A stretch of 64,000 nt of DNA, from contig JAWLHY010000002.1 in NCBI GenBank assembly GCA_041690135.1, positions 912,342-976,341 on the forward strand, written 5' to 3'. A program made the position numbers and the translations under genes. This DNA comes from Armatimonadota bacterium (lineage in GTDB: Bacteria > Armatimonadota > SYMT01). Below, piece by piece: positions 1 to 10,262 of the stretch (positions are counted from its first letter, which is position 1; each line of letters begins with the position of its first letter). Below the pieces are notes generated by a model. It made no database searches and had not been told where the DNA came from. It saw only the letters and a program-made list of their open reading frames with translations.

Positions 1-2
1 TC

Positions 3-872
3 GTGCGGACCAGCCACATTCCCCGCCCCGGTGAAACGGTGATGGGGGAGCAATTTCGTATGATTCCAGGGGGCAAGGGCGCCAACCAGGCAGTGGCTGC
101 GGCCCGGATGGGGGCCGAGGTCACCTTCATCGCCCGGGTAGGCGGAAGTAGTTTCGGCGATCAGGCGGTCGCGCTGTTCCGGGATGAAGGGATCCGTACG
201 GATTTCGTGGTTCGAGATGCCGAGGTTGAGCACGGGATCGCGCTCATTCTGGTGGACCCCAACGGCGAGAATGCGATTGCGGTGGCTCCCGGAGCGAACG
301 CGCGTCTTACTCCGGAAGACGTGGAACGGGCGGAAACGGCAATCGCGGAATGCGACGCGGTCTTGCTGCAACTCGAGGTGCCGTTGGAGACCGTGGAACG
401 GGCCGTGGAAGTGGCGAAGCGGCACGGGAAGTTGGTGGTGCTCAATCCCGCGCCCTACCTGGCTGTGCCGGACCGGGTGCTTGCGCAGGTGGACGTGCTC
501 ACTCCTAACGAAACCGAGGCGGAAATGCTTTTGGGTGGCGGCGAAGCCGGCCTGGCCGGAGTGGCCGCCACGGCAGAAGAACTGCTGCGGCGAGGAGTCG
601 GCAGCGTGATCGTCACCCTGGGGCGCGAAGGGGTGTTCGTGGTCACTCCGGAAGCCCAGTTCCACCTGCCCGGCAAGCATGTGAAGGCGGTGGATACCAC
701 GGCGGCGGGAGATGCCTTCTCGGGGGCACTGGCCACCCTGCTGGCGGAGGGGGCGGAGTTTCGCCAGGCGGTCCGGGCGGCAGTTTGTGCCAGTGCCCTC
801 ACCGTAACCCGCGAAGGGGCGCAGACATCGCTGCCTACCCGCCAGGAAGTGGAGGCGCTTCTCGCCGGATAG
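3..872 (+). CDS. rbsK: Ribokinase (PfkB family), truncated at the 5' end by the window edge
   Basis: PfkB signatures PGGKGANQAVAAAR and DTTAAGDAF, plus NETE and VTLGREG motifs. Confidence 0.92.
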   Translation: MRTSHIPRPGETVMGEQFRMIPGGKGANQAVAAARMGAEVTFIARVGGSSFGDQAVALFRDEGIRTDFVVRDAEVEHGIALILVDPNGENAIAVAPGANARLTPEDVERAETAIAECDAVLLQLEVPLETVERAVEVAKRHGKLVVLNPAPYLAVPDRVLAQVDVLTPNETEAEMLLGGGEAGLAGVAATAEELLRRGVGSVIVTLGREGVFVVTPEAQFHLPGKHVKAVDTTAAGDAFSGALATLLAEGAEFRQAVRAAVCASALTVTREGAQTSLPTRQEVEALLAG

Positions 873-979
873 GCGTCAGATGGGTGAGCATGGGGCACCC
901 GGCCGTGGGCCTTAAGGCGGTCCGGCCTTCCGGATGCTGTTGGGGGATAGAAGGCGATTGGATCAGGAAGATACTGAGA

Positions 980-2626
980 ATGAAACAACCAGCAAAGCCG
1001 ATTGGCGGAATGGGGCTGCTTGGAATGTTGGGCCTGGCGGGGGCGCTGGTCGTGCCCGCCGGAGCGCAGGGCGGATCGGAGGTGGTGGCGCGGGTGGGGG
1101 CGGCCACGATCAGCCGTCCGGCGTTGGACGCGCAACTGCTTACCTACTATGGCAAGAACGGGCTGCAGCAACTCGTGGAGCGGAGCATGCTCGACCAGGA
1201 AGCGGCCCGTCTGAAGGTGACCCTGGCCGATGCCGAGCTGAACGAGCGGCTCGCCGAGCAGAAGAAGGCGGCCGGCGCCAACTTCAATAAAGCGCTGGAA
1301 GCCGAGGGCATCTCGGAGGCCACCTGGCGCGAGCGGGTGCGTACCGGTCTGCTGACCGAAAAGCTCACCGACAAAGTCTGGCCCATCAAGCCGACGGACC
1401 TGGTGCGTCTTTCCGTGCGGTATGCACGGGTGCATACGCGAAACCAGGCGCTGGAGATCATCCGCAACGTCCAGGCCGGGCAAGACTTCGAACTGCTGAT
1501 TCTCCAGCGGTCATTGGATAAGGACACCCTGGGCTTCGTGCAACCGAACCCGTTCCTGCGGGTGGAGAAGCCGTACATGTTCCGCATGGTGTCCGGGCTC
1601 ATCAGCCAGGGCAAGCTCCGGGTAGGGCAGATGTGCCGGGAGCCCGTGCAGTCCGATGAGTTCTACCTGGCGGTTCGGTTGGAGAAGTACCTCGACGCTT
1701 CCACGCTGAAACCCCGCGAGCGAGAAGTAGCCGAGGCGAAGATTCGCTCCCGACGGATCGCGGGGCTCGTCAACAAGATACGCCAGCGCCACAAGGCGGA
1801 GCACGTGGTATCGCTCGACACGCTGGCTGCCGATCCGAAGCTGCCGGGCGACACCGTGCTGACTCGCGTCAGTCCCACGGCCGCCGACAAGGGAGCCAAG
1901 GCGGACGAGATCACGCGGAAGGAGCTCTTCGGCTATCTCTATGCGAATTTCGCCAAGACGGCCCTGGAACAGTTGATCGAGCGGAGCATCGTGCAGCAGC
2001 AGGCGCGGACGCGGAACGTGGTTGTGTCCGATGCCGAGATGGGTGAGCGGCTCGCGGAGACCCGGAAGGCGCTCGGCGAGGCGGGGTTCAAGACGACCCT
2101 GGACCGGGAAGGCATTTCGGAGACGGCGTTCCGCGAGCGGAGCCGGTATGTGTTCCTGGCCCAGAAAACCGCCGAGGCGCAGGCCCCGCTCCGCCCCGAG
2201 GACCTGCAGCGTTATGCCGTTCGATACGTGCGAGTCGCTTCGCGCGACCAGGCGGAGAAGGTCCTCCAGGCAGCCCAGGCCGGAACCCAATTCGAGCAGT
2301 TGGTCCGCCAGGTCTCGTTGGATAAGAACGATGGGCTGATCCAGCCGCGCGCCTTCCTGCCCGTGGACCATCCGGAAGTGGCCCGGGCGGTTGCCGGCTT
2401 GAAAAACGGGCAGGTAGCAAGCCAGCCGCTTAAGGTGGGGGATAGCTTCCTGGTCCTCAAGCTGGAAGCCCGGTTCGGCCCCGAGACGATGTCCGCCAAG
2501 GAGCGCGAAAGCGCCGTGCGCAAGATCAACACCCTGCGTCTCGGGCAGTTCCTGGATGCCTGGCGGAAAGCCACCCGCGTGGAATACGTGATGCCCCTCG
2601 ATCGCCTGGTAGCCGGCGCTGGCTAG
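980..2626 (+). CDS. Secreted PrsA/SurA-like foldase with two tandem SurA-N/parvulin-like units
   Basis: ATG at 980 followed by a signal peptide (..AGAQ). Internal duplication: LQQLVERSMLDQEA/LEQLIERSIVQQQA, EGISEATWRER/EGISETAFRER, and VRY.RV..R.QA in both halves. Confidence 0.7.
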   Translation: MKQPAKPIGGMGLLGMLGLAGALVVPAGAQGGSEVVARVGAATISRPALDAQLLTYYGKNGLQQLVERSMLDQEAARLKVTLADAELNERLAEQKKAAGANFNKALEAEGISEATWRERVRTGLLTEKLTDKVWPIKPTDLVRLSVRYARVHTRNQALEIIRNVQAGQDFELLILQRSLDKDTLGFVQPNPFLRVEKPYMFRMVSGLISQGKLRVGQMCREPVQSDEFYLAVRLEKYLDASTLKPREREVAEAKIRSRRIAGLVNKIRQRHKAEHVVSLDTLAADPKLPGDTVLTRVSPTAADKGAKADEITRKELFGYLYANFAKTALEQLIERSIVQQQARTRNVVVSDAEMGERLAETRKALGEAGFKTTLDREGISETAFRERSRYVFLAQKTAEAQAPLRPEDLQRYAVRYVRVASRDQAEKVLQAAQAGTQFEQLVRQVSLDKNDGLIQPRAFLPVDHPEVARAVAGLKNGQVASQPLKVGDSFLVLKLEARFGPETMSAKERESAVRKINTLRLGQFLDAWRKATRVEYVMPLDRLVAGAG

Positions 2627-2689
2627 TGCGGGTCGGCCGCCCTGCTCCGGGACACCAATCACGGCTTTGACGCCGACCACTCAAGAGAA

Positions 2690-4288
2690 ATGAGCCCGAT
2701 GCGAGTCCTCAGTCTGCTTCTCCTCCTCTGTCCGCTCCTTACCGGGACCGCCCACGCGCAGGGTCTGGACGACCTGGTGCTGGCGAACGTCAACGGTGAA
2801 GACATCACCCGGCGGCAACTCGTTGGCCGGCTTCTGGATTACCACGGCGCCGAGTCGCTCGAGAAACTGGTGACCCGCCAGATCCTGGAACAGGCCGCGA
2901 AACGGCATGGTGTTTCGGTAACGGCGGAAGAAGTGAAGCAGAAGCACACGGAGGTGCTCTCTCGCTTCCGCTCGGACGAGGATTACCGCAAGTTCCTCCA
3001 GTCCAGCAAGCTCAAGGAATCCCAGCACCGGGAGGAGATCCACCATACGCTCCTCGCGCAAAAGGTAGTGCTCAAGGAGCAGCCGATAACGGACGCGGAC
3101 CTGGAGCAGTACGACCTCCGCATCATTGTGGCGGCGGACAAGGCCACGGCGGAAAAGTGGATTCAGGACCTGGTCAAGGGCGCCGAGTTTCGCCAGGTGG
3201 CGGCCACGCGCAACGGTGATGTGAATCTGCGGAAAGCGGCGGGACACCTTCAGCCCTTCCTCGCGATCCAGATGCCGGAGCTGGCGCGGGCCGTCGACGA
3301 GCAGAAGCTCAAGCCGCTGGAGTTCACGAAGAAACCAGTGGGCCTCAGCAACGGTTCCTGGGCCATCGTGCGGCTCGAACGCATGATCCCGGTGTCGCTG
3401 GGGGCCTCTGCCGTGGAGCGAGAGCGCCTCACCGCCGCCGTTCTCACGCAGCGCATCTCCGCGTGGTTTCAGAAGAACCGCGCCAAGGCCACGGTGCAAA
3501 AGCTGCCCCTCGACCAGCCGAACGTGGCCATGGTCAACAGCGAGCCGGTCAAGCGGGAGACGCTGGTGAACTGGCTGTTGGAGTACAAGGGCGAAGAGGC
3601 CCTGGACCAGATGGTCAACCGGACGCTGCTTCTGCAGGCCGCCAGGAAGGTCAGTCTGTCTCCCACGGACGCGGATGTCGAGAAGCAGCTCGCGGAGCTG
3701 CGGGCACGCTTCAAGACCCCACAGGAGTTACAGGAGTTCATTGGAAAGGCTAACCTCAGTGAGAAGCAGTTCCTGGATGAGGCCCGCTACAACTTCCTGA
3801 TGGAAAAGGTCGCCCTCCGCGAAGCACCCATTACCGAGGACGACCTGACCCGGTACGACGTCCGGATGATCGTATGCCCGGACCGGAACACCGCGTTGGA
3901 ATGGGTCAAGGAACTGGATAACGGGGGAGACTTCAAGCAGATCGCCCGGACCCGTTCCGCGGACCCCCAGGGGCGGCAATCCGAAGGCCGCTTCAATCCG
4001 TTCCTCCGCATTGAGATGCTGGATATCTGGCGCGCGCTGAACGCGCAGGCGTTGAAGCCGGGGATGTACACCAAAGACCCCGTCTTGCTGACCGACGGAA
4101 CCTGGGCGTTGCTCAAGCTGGAAGGCTTGCAGGGGGTGGCTTCCGCCTCGAAGGAAGAGCGTGAGAAGCGCACGAAGGCGGTGCGGGATTACCGGGTCAA
4201 CCAGTGGCTGGTCCAGACCCGCTCTACCGCCAAGGTCGCCTATCCGGTGCCCCTGACGGCGGTGATCGCTCGCAGTGCCGAAAAGTGA
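2690..4288 (+). CDS. Secreted PrsA/SurA-like foldase with two tandem SurA-N/parvulin-like units
   Basis: Signal peptide AHA|Q; LANVNGEDIT and AMVNSEPVK repeats; parvulin-like GGDFKQIARTRSADP and GAEFRQVAATR. Confidence 0.75.
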   Translation: MSPMRVLSLLLLLCPLLTGTAHAQGLDDLVLANVNGEDITRRQLVGRLLDYHGAESLEKLVTRQILEQAAKRHGVSVTAEEVKQKHTEVLSRFRSDEDYRKFLQSSKLKESQHREEIHHTLLAQKVVLKEQPITDADLEQYDLRIIVAADKATAEKWIQDLVKGAEFRQVAATRNGDVNLRKAAGHLQPFLAIQMPELARAVDEQKLKPLEFTKKPVGLSNGSWAIVRLERMIPVSLGASAVERERLTAAVLTQRISAWFQKNRAKATVQKLPLDQPNVAMVNSEPVKRETLVNWLLEYKGEEALDQMVNRTLLLQAARKVSLSPTDADVEKQLAELRARFKTPQELQEFIGKANLSEKQFLDEARYNFLMEKVALREAPITEDDLTRYDVRMIVCPDRNTALEWVKELDNGGDFKQIARTRSADPQGRQSEGRFNPFLRIEMLDIWRALNAQALKPGMYTKDPVLLTDGTWALLKLEGLQGVASASKEEREKRTKAVRDYRVNQWLVQTRSTAKVAYPVPLTAVIARSAEK

Positions 4289-4327
4289 GCCTCCCCGTGC
4301 GGACAAAGAGTTGAGACGGGACACGAG

Positions 4328-4810
4328 ATGCACCCACTGAAGGCCGAAACCACCGGGCGTCCGCTCCCCGAGGTGCTGTTGGAGGATCTCCGCGAACTCC
4401 TGTCGTGGGACAACAACTGCTATCTGACCTGGGTGCGGCTATCCGGCGACGCGGAAGCGGAATCCCAACACTGGTTCACCGTGAAATTCGGCAGCGACGG
4501 CCGACGATTTGGCTTGCGGCTGGAGTTCTGCATTCCGGACTGGATGGATCAACGGGGGGTGGAAGCCATCCTGCCGGCCCATCTTCCGGTGACCGCCATC
4601 GAACGCGGTCGCTGGGCGGCGGTCGATCTCGGCCGCACGTCCTGGTCCGGGGCGACCGGAAGTCTTCCGAAGGTCGCCCGCACCTGTGCCCGGTTGATGA
4701 ATGAATTGTGGGGCTCGACCACCGCGCTGAACGTGCTGCTGCTGACCCTGGAGTATCAGGACGAGCGGTTGGAGACGCCCTTCACCGAAATGCCGGGTTA
4801 CCGCGGATAA
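4328..4810 (+). CDS. Hypothetical protein (160 aa)
   Basis: ATG-initiated ORF filling the gap in a co-directional run, with globular composition; no motif recognised. Confidence 0.6.
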   Translation: MHPLKAETTGRPLPEVLLEDLRELLSWDNNCYLTWVRLSGDAEAESQHWFTVKFGSDGRRFGLRLEFCIPDWMDQRGVEAILPAHLPVTAIERGRWAAVDLGRTSWSGATGSLPKVARTCARLMNELWGSTTALNVLLLTLEYQDERLETPFTEMPGYRG

Positions 4811-4851
4811 TTTCACGGCGCCGAACAGGCCCCTATGTTGCAGTGAGTCCT

Positions 4852-5382
4852 ATGAGTTATCGGCAGTTAGATTCAGGCAAACGCGTGCACGACTTTCTCC
4901 CAATGGAAGTCCAGGAGGGGTGTATCGAGCGGGACGGCGAGCGAGAGACCCTGCGGATCGCGGGGGAGGCGAGCCATCCCACCATCCCGGGTGTGGAAGT
5001 TTCGCAGTCGCAGACGTTTATCAACGAGCGACGCGTGCTGGTGGTGACCCACAACAGCCAGGAACCGCCGGGTACTCTTGGCTACACGGTGGTGGTCCGG
5101 CCCGGCTACAGCGTGGGCGACCATTACCACCATCACCGCGAGGAGCGGATCGTGGTGCTGCACGGCCGGGCGGAATTCCGGCTGCTGGACGAGCGCCCGG
5201 ATTCTCCCACCGCGGGGAAACTGAACCTGTTCACGTTGGACTATCCCGGCTCTTGTGTCCGGATTCCGACTGGGGTGGCTCACGCCATCATCGCTCACGG
5301 GGCGACGACGGTGCTCCAGGTGCTGGCGTCCTCGGATTACGACCCCAGCGACGATGTGCACGTTTCGCTGTCGAATCTGTAA
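4852..5382 (+). CDS. Cupin-fold protein (WxcM/CapF-C-like sugar isomerase type)
   Basis: Cupin motifs PGYSVGDHYHHHREE and IPTGVAHAI; start at ATG 4852 or 4903 is uncertain. Confidence 0.7.
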   Translation: MSYRQLDSGKRVHDFLPMEVQEGCIERDGERETLRIAGEASHPTIPGVEVSQSQTFINERRVLVVTHNSQEPPGTLGYTVVVRPGYSVGDHYHHHREERIVVLHGRAEFRLLDERPDSPTAGKLNLFTLDYPGSCVRIPTGVAHAIIAHGATTVLQVLASSDYDPSDDVHVSLSNL

Positions 5383-5405
5383 GCACCGCGGAGCCTGGAA
5401 ATGCC

Positions 5406-5441
5406 GAACAGGGGAGGCCGGATAGCCGGCCTCCCCTGTTC
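5406..5441. terminator. Perfect hairpin between the convergent cupin gene and gyrA (probable terminator)
   Basis: gaacaggggaggccgg-atag-ccggcctcccctgttc, a 16-bp stem. Confidence 0.7.
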
Positions 5442-5479
5442 CTTTCGAGCCTCTTCGCTTTGGAAGAGTAGACGGCGAT

Positions 5480-8023
5480 CTACTCTTCTTCTTCGATTTC
5501 CTCTTCGGCTTCTACATCCGCATCGGCGTCAGCATCCGCATCCGCATCGGCGCCCATGGCGCTCCCTAGTGCCGACTGGGATTTCTTGGTGCTCCCGGTG
5601 CGCTTCTCCACGCGCTCGATCGTGCGGATCTGGTCGCCTTCGTCCAGCTTCATCACCCGCACGCCTTCCGTGGCCCGGCCGATCGTGCGGATGTCGTCGA
5701 TCGGCATCCGGATGACGATGCCGTTCGCGGTGCTGACCAGAAGGCGGTCGCCGGACCGCACCATCTTGAAGTCCGCCACCGGGCCCGTCTTGTCGGTCAC
5801 CCGCATCGTGATGACGCCCTTGCCGCCGCGGGTCTGCACCGGGTACTCGCTCACGCGGGTGCGCTTGCCGTACCCGCGCAGTCCGACGACCAGCGCGTCG
5901 GCATCCGACTGGACGACTTCCATCCCCACCACCTGGTCCCCCGGCTCGAGGGAGATGCCGCGGACGCCACCCGAGTTGCGGCTGGCGATACGCAGGTTGC
6001 TCTCCGGGAACCGGATCGCCTGGCCCTGCTGGGAGACCATCATGATCTCGTTATCGCCATTGGTAAGGTTGACCCACCGCAGGGAGTCGCCCGGCTCCAG
6101 GTCGAAGGCGTTCAAACCATTGGCCCGCAGGTTCTTGAAGTCTTCCAGCGCCGTGCGCTTGACCTCGCCGAGCTGCGTGCCCATCACGAGATACCCTTCC
6201 TGATCCATCGACGAGATCGGAACCGTGGCCGTGACACGGTCTCCCGGTTCGATGCCGATCAGGTTGATGATGGCCGTGCCCATCGCCGTGCGGCTGGTCT
6301 GCGGCACTTCGTAGGCCTTGAGGCGGTAGACGCGACCGCGGTCCGTGAAGAAAAGGATGTGGTGGTGCGTCGTGGCCACGAACAGGTGCGCGACGTCGTC
6401 CGCCTCGCGCGCCGTGACGCCGATCACCCCGCGCCCGCCGCGCTTCTGCACGCGGTAAGTCTCCGCGCTCACCCGCTTGATGTAGCCGTTGCGGGTGATG
6501 GTGACGATCGTCTCCTCTTCCGGAATCATGTCCTCTTCGCCGATCTGGTCGGCTTCCATGGACACGATGCGGGTGCGGCGGGGCTCGCCGTACTTCTTCT
6601 TGATCTCCCGCAGGTCGTCCTTGATCATACTCAGGACCTTCTGCGGGTCTGCCAGGATACCGCGGAGCGTTTCGATCAGCTCCAGCAGTTCCCGGTATTC
6701 CTGCTCCAGCTTTTCCCGTTCCAGGCCGGTGAGCGCTCGGAGCTGCATGTCCAGGATGTATTGCGCCTGGATCTGGCTGAACTCGAACCGCGCCATGAGG
6801 GCGTCGCGGGCGGCCGCGGGGTTGGGGCTGGCGCGGATGATCGCGATGATCTCGTCGATGACGTCCAGCGCGCGCCGCAGGCCCTCCACGATGTGCATCC
6901 GGGCTTCGGCCTTCTCCAGCTCGAACTGGGTCCGGCGCCGGATGACCTCCTGGCGGTGCTTGACGTAGTACTGCAGGATCTGCGGCAACGAGAGCACGCG
7001 CGGCGCGCCGTCCACCAGCGCCAGCATCAACACGCCGAACGTGCTCCGCAGCGGCGTGTGCTTCAGGATATAGTTCAGCACCTTCTGCGGCTGTACGTCG
7101 CGGCGCAGCTCCACCACCACCCGCATCCCCTCGCGGTTGGTGTAGTCGTTGATGGCCGTGATGCCGTCGATCTTCTTCTGCTTGACCAGCTCCGCCATCT
7201 GCTCCACCAGGCGGGCCTTATTGACCTGGTAGGGGAGCTCGGTGATGACAATGGCATGCTTGCCGTTGTCCATCGGTTCGATGTGGGTCTTGCCCTGCAT
7301 CACCACGCTGCCGCGACCGGTGGTATAAGCGGACCGGATGCCCTTGCTGCCCAGGATCATCCCGTAGGTCGGGAAATCCGGACCGGGCAGGAACTGCATC
7401 AACTCCTCGGCCGTGGCCTGGGGATTCTCGATCAGCGCGATCACGGCGTCGCACAGCTCGCCCAGGTTGTGCGGTGGGATATTGGTGGCCATGCCGACCG
7501 CAATTCCCGAGGCGCCGTTAGCCAGCAGATTCGGAAACCGCGCCGGAAGCACGGTCGGCTCGTTTTCGTCCTGGGTGTAGTTGGGGGTCCAGTCGACCGT
7601 GTTCTTTTCCAGGTCGGCCAGCATCTCCATCGCCAGGGGCGTGAGGCGGCATTCGGTGTACCGCATGGCCGCCGGCGGGTCGCCGTCCACGTTGCCGAAG
7701 TTCCCCTGCGGCAAAACGAGCGGCGCGCGCAGCACGAAATCCTGGGCCATCCGCACCAGGGTCATGTAAAGCGCCGCGTCGCCATGCGGATGGAACCGCT
7801 TCATGGTCTCGCCGACCACGGCCGCGCACTTCTGGAAGCGGGAAGCGGGGGTAAGACCGAGCTCCCGCATTGCATACAGGATTCGCCGCTGGACCGGCTT
7901 CAGCCCGTCCCGGACGTCGGGTAGCGCCCGGGCCACGATCACCGACATGGAGTAAAGCAGGTAAGACTGCTTCATCTCATCGTCGATGTTGATGGGCTCG
8001 AATTGATCTTCGTTAGTAGCCAA
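5480..8023 (-). CDS. gyrA: DNA gyrase subunit A
   Basis: [16 protein letters not shown], catalytic AAMRYTE, GyrA-box QKRGGRG, pinwheel repeats and an acidic tail; TTG start after a GAGGAG RBS. Confidence 0.97.
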   Translation of the reverse strand: MATNEDQFEPINIDDEMKQSYLLYSMSVIVARALPDVRDGLKPVQRRILYAMRELGLTPASRFQKCAAVVGETMKRFHPHGDAALYMTLVRMAQDFVLRAPLVLPQGNFGNVDGDPPAAMRYTECRLTPLAMEMLADLEKNTVDWTPNYTQDENEPTVLPARFPNLLANGASGIAVGMATNIPPHNLGELCDAVIALIENPQATAEELMQFLPGPDFPTYGMILGSKGIRSAYTTGRGSVVMQGKTHIEPMDNGKHAIVITELPYQVNKARLVEQMAELVKQKKIDGITAINDYTNREGMRVVVELRRDVQPQKVLNYILKHTPLRSTFGVLMLALVDGAPRVLSLPQILQYYVKHRQEVIRRRTQFELEKAEARMHIVEGLRRALDVIDEIIAIIRASPNPAAARDALMARFEFSQIQAQYILDMQLRALTGLEREKLEQEYRELLELIETLRGILADPQKVLSMIKDDLREIKKKYGEPRRTRIVSMEADQIGEEDMIPEEETIVTITRNGYIKRVSAETYRVQKRGGRGVIGVTAREADDVAHLFVATTHHHILFFTDRGRVYRLKAYEVPQTSRTAMGTAIINLIGIEPGDRVTATVPISSMDQEGYLVMGTQLGEVKRTALEDFKNLRANGLNAFDLEPGDSLRWVNLTNGDNEIMMVSQQGQAIRFPESNLRIASRNSGGVRGISLEPGDQVVGMEVVQSDADALVVGLRGYGKRTRVSEYPVQTRGGKGVITMRVTDKTGPVADFKMVRSGDRLLVSTANGIVIRMPIDDIRTIGRATEGVRVMKLDEGDQIRTIERVEKRTGSTKKSQSALGSAMGADADADADADADVEAEEEIEEEE

Positions 8024-8115
8024 AAAGGATACTCCTCAGACAAACAGGTCTGATAGGGTTAACTTTGTCATAGACGGGCAGCAGCCAAAAATGCTGAAGG
8101 ACTATGACGCTAGCT

Positions 8116-8128
8116 TATAATTCTATCA
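8116..8128. promoter_or_regulatory. Overlapping divergent -10 elements for gyrA and the histidine kinase
   Basis: Minus strand extended -10 TGaTAGAAT (8128-8120); plus strand TATAAT (8116-8121); both in an AT-rich island. Confidence 0.45.
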
Positions 8129-8263
8129 GACTCAGCAGGGTTTGACCACAAACAGCAAACGTCTATTTGCATCTTCCGCGGTCGGGATTCGAAGAGGAAG
8201 CCCGACGTCCGGCGTGGGCCGGAGCGGAGCGTGTAGCGTTGCGGATTCCCGGTCGGAGGTTCA

Positions 8264-9478
8264 TTGGTGCTCCCCCCCGATTCACAGAATGAGGAGCAAT
8301 CTTCCACTCCCGCGTCACCCGGCGTCCCCACGCTGGTGGAGTGCGCGCTGGAGGGGTTGTCCATGGCCATTGTCGTAGCGGACGTGGCAGGGACGATTCG
8401 TTACCTCAACCGCCGCGCGGCCGCACTCGTGGGTCTCCCATGGGAGCAGTGCCTGGGGCGTCCCCTTGGCGAGTGGCAGGCCGCTCTCCGCGCCGCGTTG
8501 CCGGCGGTGCCGGAAGAGGGTAGCCCCGAAGCGGAAGGGGTCCGGGGCGACAACCATGGATCGGGTGGAATCCGTGTCTGTTCGGCAGAGTTCCCGCACC
8601 GCGTCTTCGAATGGCGCAGTGTCCCTCTGGAATCCGATTCTCCGGAAACCGGAGGCACGCTGGAAACGGTGGAGGAGATCACGTCCGCCGTCCGGCGGGA
8701 AGCCGCCGTCCGGCGGAATGAGCTGCGCCACACCCGCGAGATGGAAGCTCTCCAGGCGCGCGTGGACCTGGCGGAATCGTTCAAAACGGAGTTGACTCAC
8801 AACGTCACCCACGATCTCCGCACGCCGTTGGCCAGCATCAAAGCCGCCGTTTCGGGTCTCCTGGCCGGCGACGTCAGCTACGATCGGGCTACCCTCAGCG
8901 AGACGTTGACCGTCATCGAGGAAGAGACCGACCGTTTGCAGCGCCGTGTCTCCAACCTCCTGTCGATGGCCAAGATGGAATCCGGTGGAGAAACGCTCCA
9001 CCGGGATTGGCTTGACCCGGTGGACGTGGTGGTCTCCGCCCTGGAATCGTTCCGCTCCCTCCAGGGTGACCGCGAGATTCGCCGGGACTTCGCCGCGGAC
9101 CTACCGCTCATCCAGGCGGATTATGACCAGTTGTCGATCGCGATCCGCAATCTCCTCGAGAACGCACTCCTCTACAGCCCGGCCGGGACTCCCATCGACG
9201 TCTCCGTCCGGCATGGGTTGGGCCAGGTGTTGTTTCGCGTTCGAGACTACGGCACGGGCTTGATGCCGGACGAGTTCGAGCGCGTCTTCGACAAGTTCTA
9301 CCGCGGCCGCTCGGCGCGCCGGATTCCCGGAACCGGTCTCGGCCTGCCGATCTGCCGCGGTATCGCGGAGGCCCACGGCGGTCGGTTGTGGGCGGAGCAC
9401 GTCCCGGGCGGCGGGGTAGCGTTCGTCCTCTCGATTCCCGCACCGGATTCCGACCAGGACGTCGTGCAACTCGGCTGA
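8264..9478 (+). CDS. Cytoplasmic PAS-domain sensor histidine kinase (KdpD-like transmitter)
   Basis: PAS-like AIVVADVAGTIRYLNRRAA; H-box THDLRTPL; N-box NLLENALLYS; DYGTG, FDKFYRG and GTGLGL; no TM helix; start uncertain. Confidence 0.9.
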   Translation: MVLPPDSQNEEQSSTPASPGVPTLVECALEGLSMAIVVADVAGTIRYLNRRAAALVGLPWEQCLGRPLGEWQAALRAALPAVPEEGSPEAEGVRGDNHGSGGIRVCSAEFPHRVFEWRSVPLESDSPETGGTLETVEEITSAVRREAAVRRNELRHTREMEALQARVDLAESFKTELTHNVTHDLRTPLASIKAAVSGLLAGDVSYDRATLSETLTVIEEETDRLQRRVSNLLSMAKMESGGETLHRDWLDPVDVVVSALESFRSLQGDREIRRDFAADLPLIQADYDQLSIAIRNLLENALLYSPAGTPIDVSVRHGLGQVLFRVRDYGTGLMPDEFERVFDKFYRGRSARRIPGTGLGLPICRGIAEAHGGRLWAEHVPGGGVAFVLSIPAPDSDQDVVQLG

Positions 9479-9716
9479 CCGGCGCGCTTCCTCACTAGCC
9501 CTGGCAAAAAAGGGGTTTCTTCTCCCTCTGGGGAGGGAAACAGTACGGGGAAAGGGAGGGATAGGTCGGGAACGAGCCGTGCAAGCTGCCGTTCTTCCCC
9601 CTTTCCTCCGCTCCCATCCTGTACCGGTCCCGTCGCCTGGCTCCGGGCCACCCATACCTCACCGCGTACGTCATGGACAATCCCGCAAACCGTTGGCAAA
9701 CTCCCGGATGTTTGAC

Positions 9717-9742
9717 GTTTAGGGGGGTGCCCGGTGGGGTAA
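9717..9742 (+). promoter_or_regulatory. SigB/SigF-type general stress promoter
   Basis: GTTTAG-N14-GGGTAA matches the SigB consensus GTTTAA-N12-14-GGG(T/A)A(T/A) and lies upstream of a KGG stress gene. Confidence 0.6.
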
Positions 9743-9937
9743 CTTCCAAGCGGGCAGCGAGGTCGTCTTACCTCGGAAGCATCCGGACATGCGCTGGCAT
9801 TCCGGGACTCGTGGCCCTAATCCCACAGCGAGAGCCGGCCTCCCGAGGCTGCCCCCACGGGCGGGTCCGTCGCCTCCGGTGAGCTTTCCACTGATATCCA
9901 GGTTCCACGTTCCACGTTCCAGGAGGACCACACGATC

Positions 9938-10225
9938 ATGGCTGATGAGGAAACCCGCGAAATGACCGTTGCCGAAGCCGGCCGTAAGGGCGGCGAGACG
10001 GTGAAGGAACGCTACGGCAGCGACTTCTACGGTGAGATCGGGCGTAAGGGCGGAAGCACCACGAAGAAGAAGTATGGGCAGCAGCATTACGCCGACATCG
10101 GCCGTCGCGGCGGGCAGACGACGGCCCAGCGCCACGGGCAGGAATTCTACGAAAATATCGGCCGCAAGGGCGGCCAGCGCGTTCGCGAGCTGATCGAGCG
10201 CGGCAAGCAGAACGGCGAGGAATAA
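9938..10225 (+). CDS. KGG-repeat general stress protein (GsiB/Em-like)
   Basis: Four (A/I)GR(K/R)GG repeats, e.g. FYGEIGRKGG and FYENIGRKGG; AGGAGG RBS. Confidence 0.92.
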   Translation: MADEETREMTVAEAGRKGGETVKERYGSDFYGEIGRKGGSTTKKKYGQQHYADIGRRGGQTTAQRHGQEFYENIGRKGGQRVRELIERGKQNGEE

Positions 10226-10233
10226 AGCCGTCG

Positions 10234-10262
10234 GCGGCGGGGTCATTCCCCGACCCCGCCGC
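10234..10262 (+). terminator. Hairpin after the KGG gene
   Basis: gcggcggggtc-attcccc-gaccccgccgc. Confidence 0.55.

Noticed and set aside
6359-7924. Long antisense ORFs (e.g. 6359-7924, 10638-13004, 25004-27199, 40094-43048)
   Set aside because: They are shadow frames of high-GC genes with clear motifs on the opposite strand, and have no recognisable domains
5480-8023. parC instead of gyrA, because no gyrB is adjacent
   Set aside because: An intact GyrA-box and acidic tail are present; unlinked gyrA and gyrB are common
9725-9865. Possible 6S-like rod RNA
   Set aside because: The pairings conflict with one another, and the 5' arm coincides with a SigB-like promoter, so a 5' UTR is the simpler explanation
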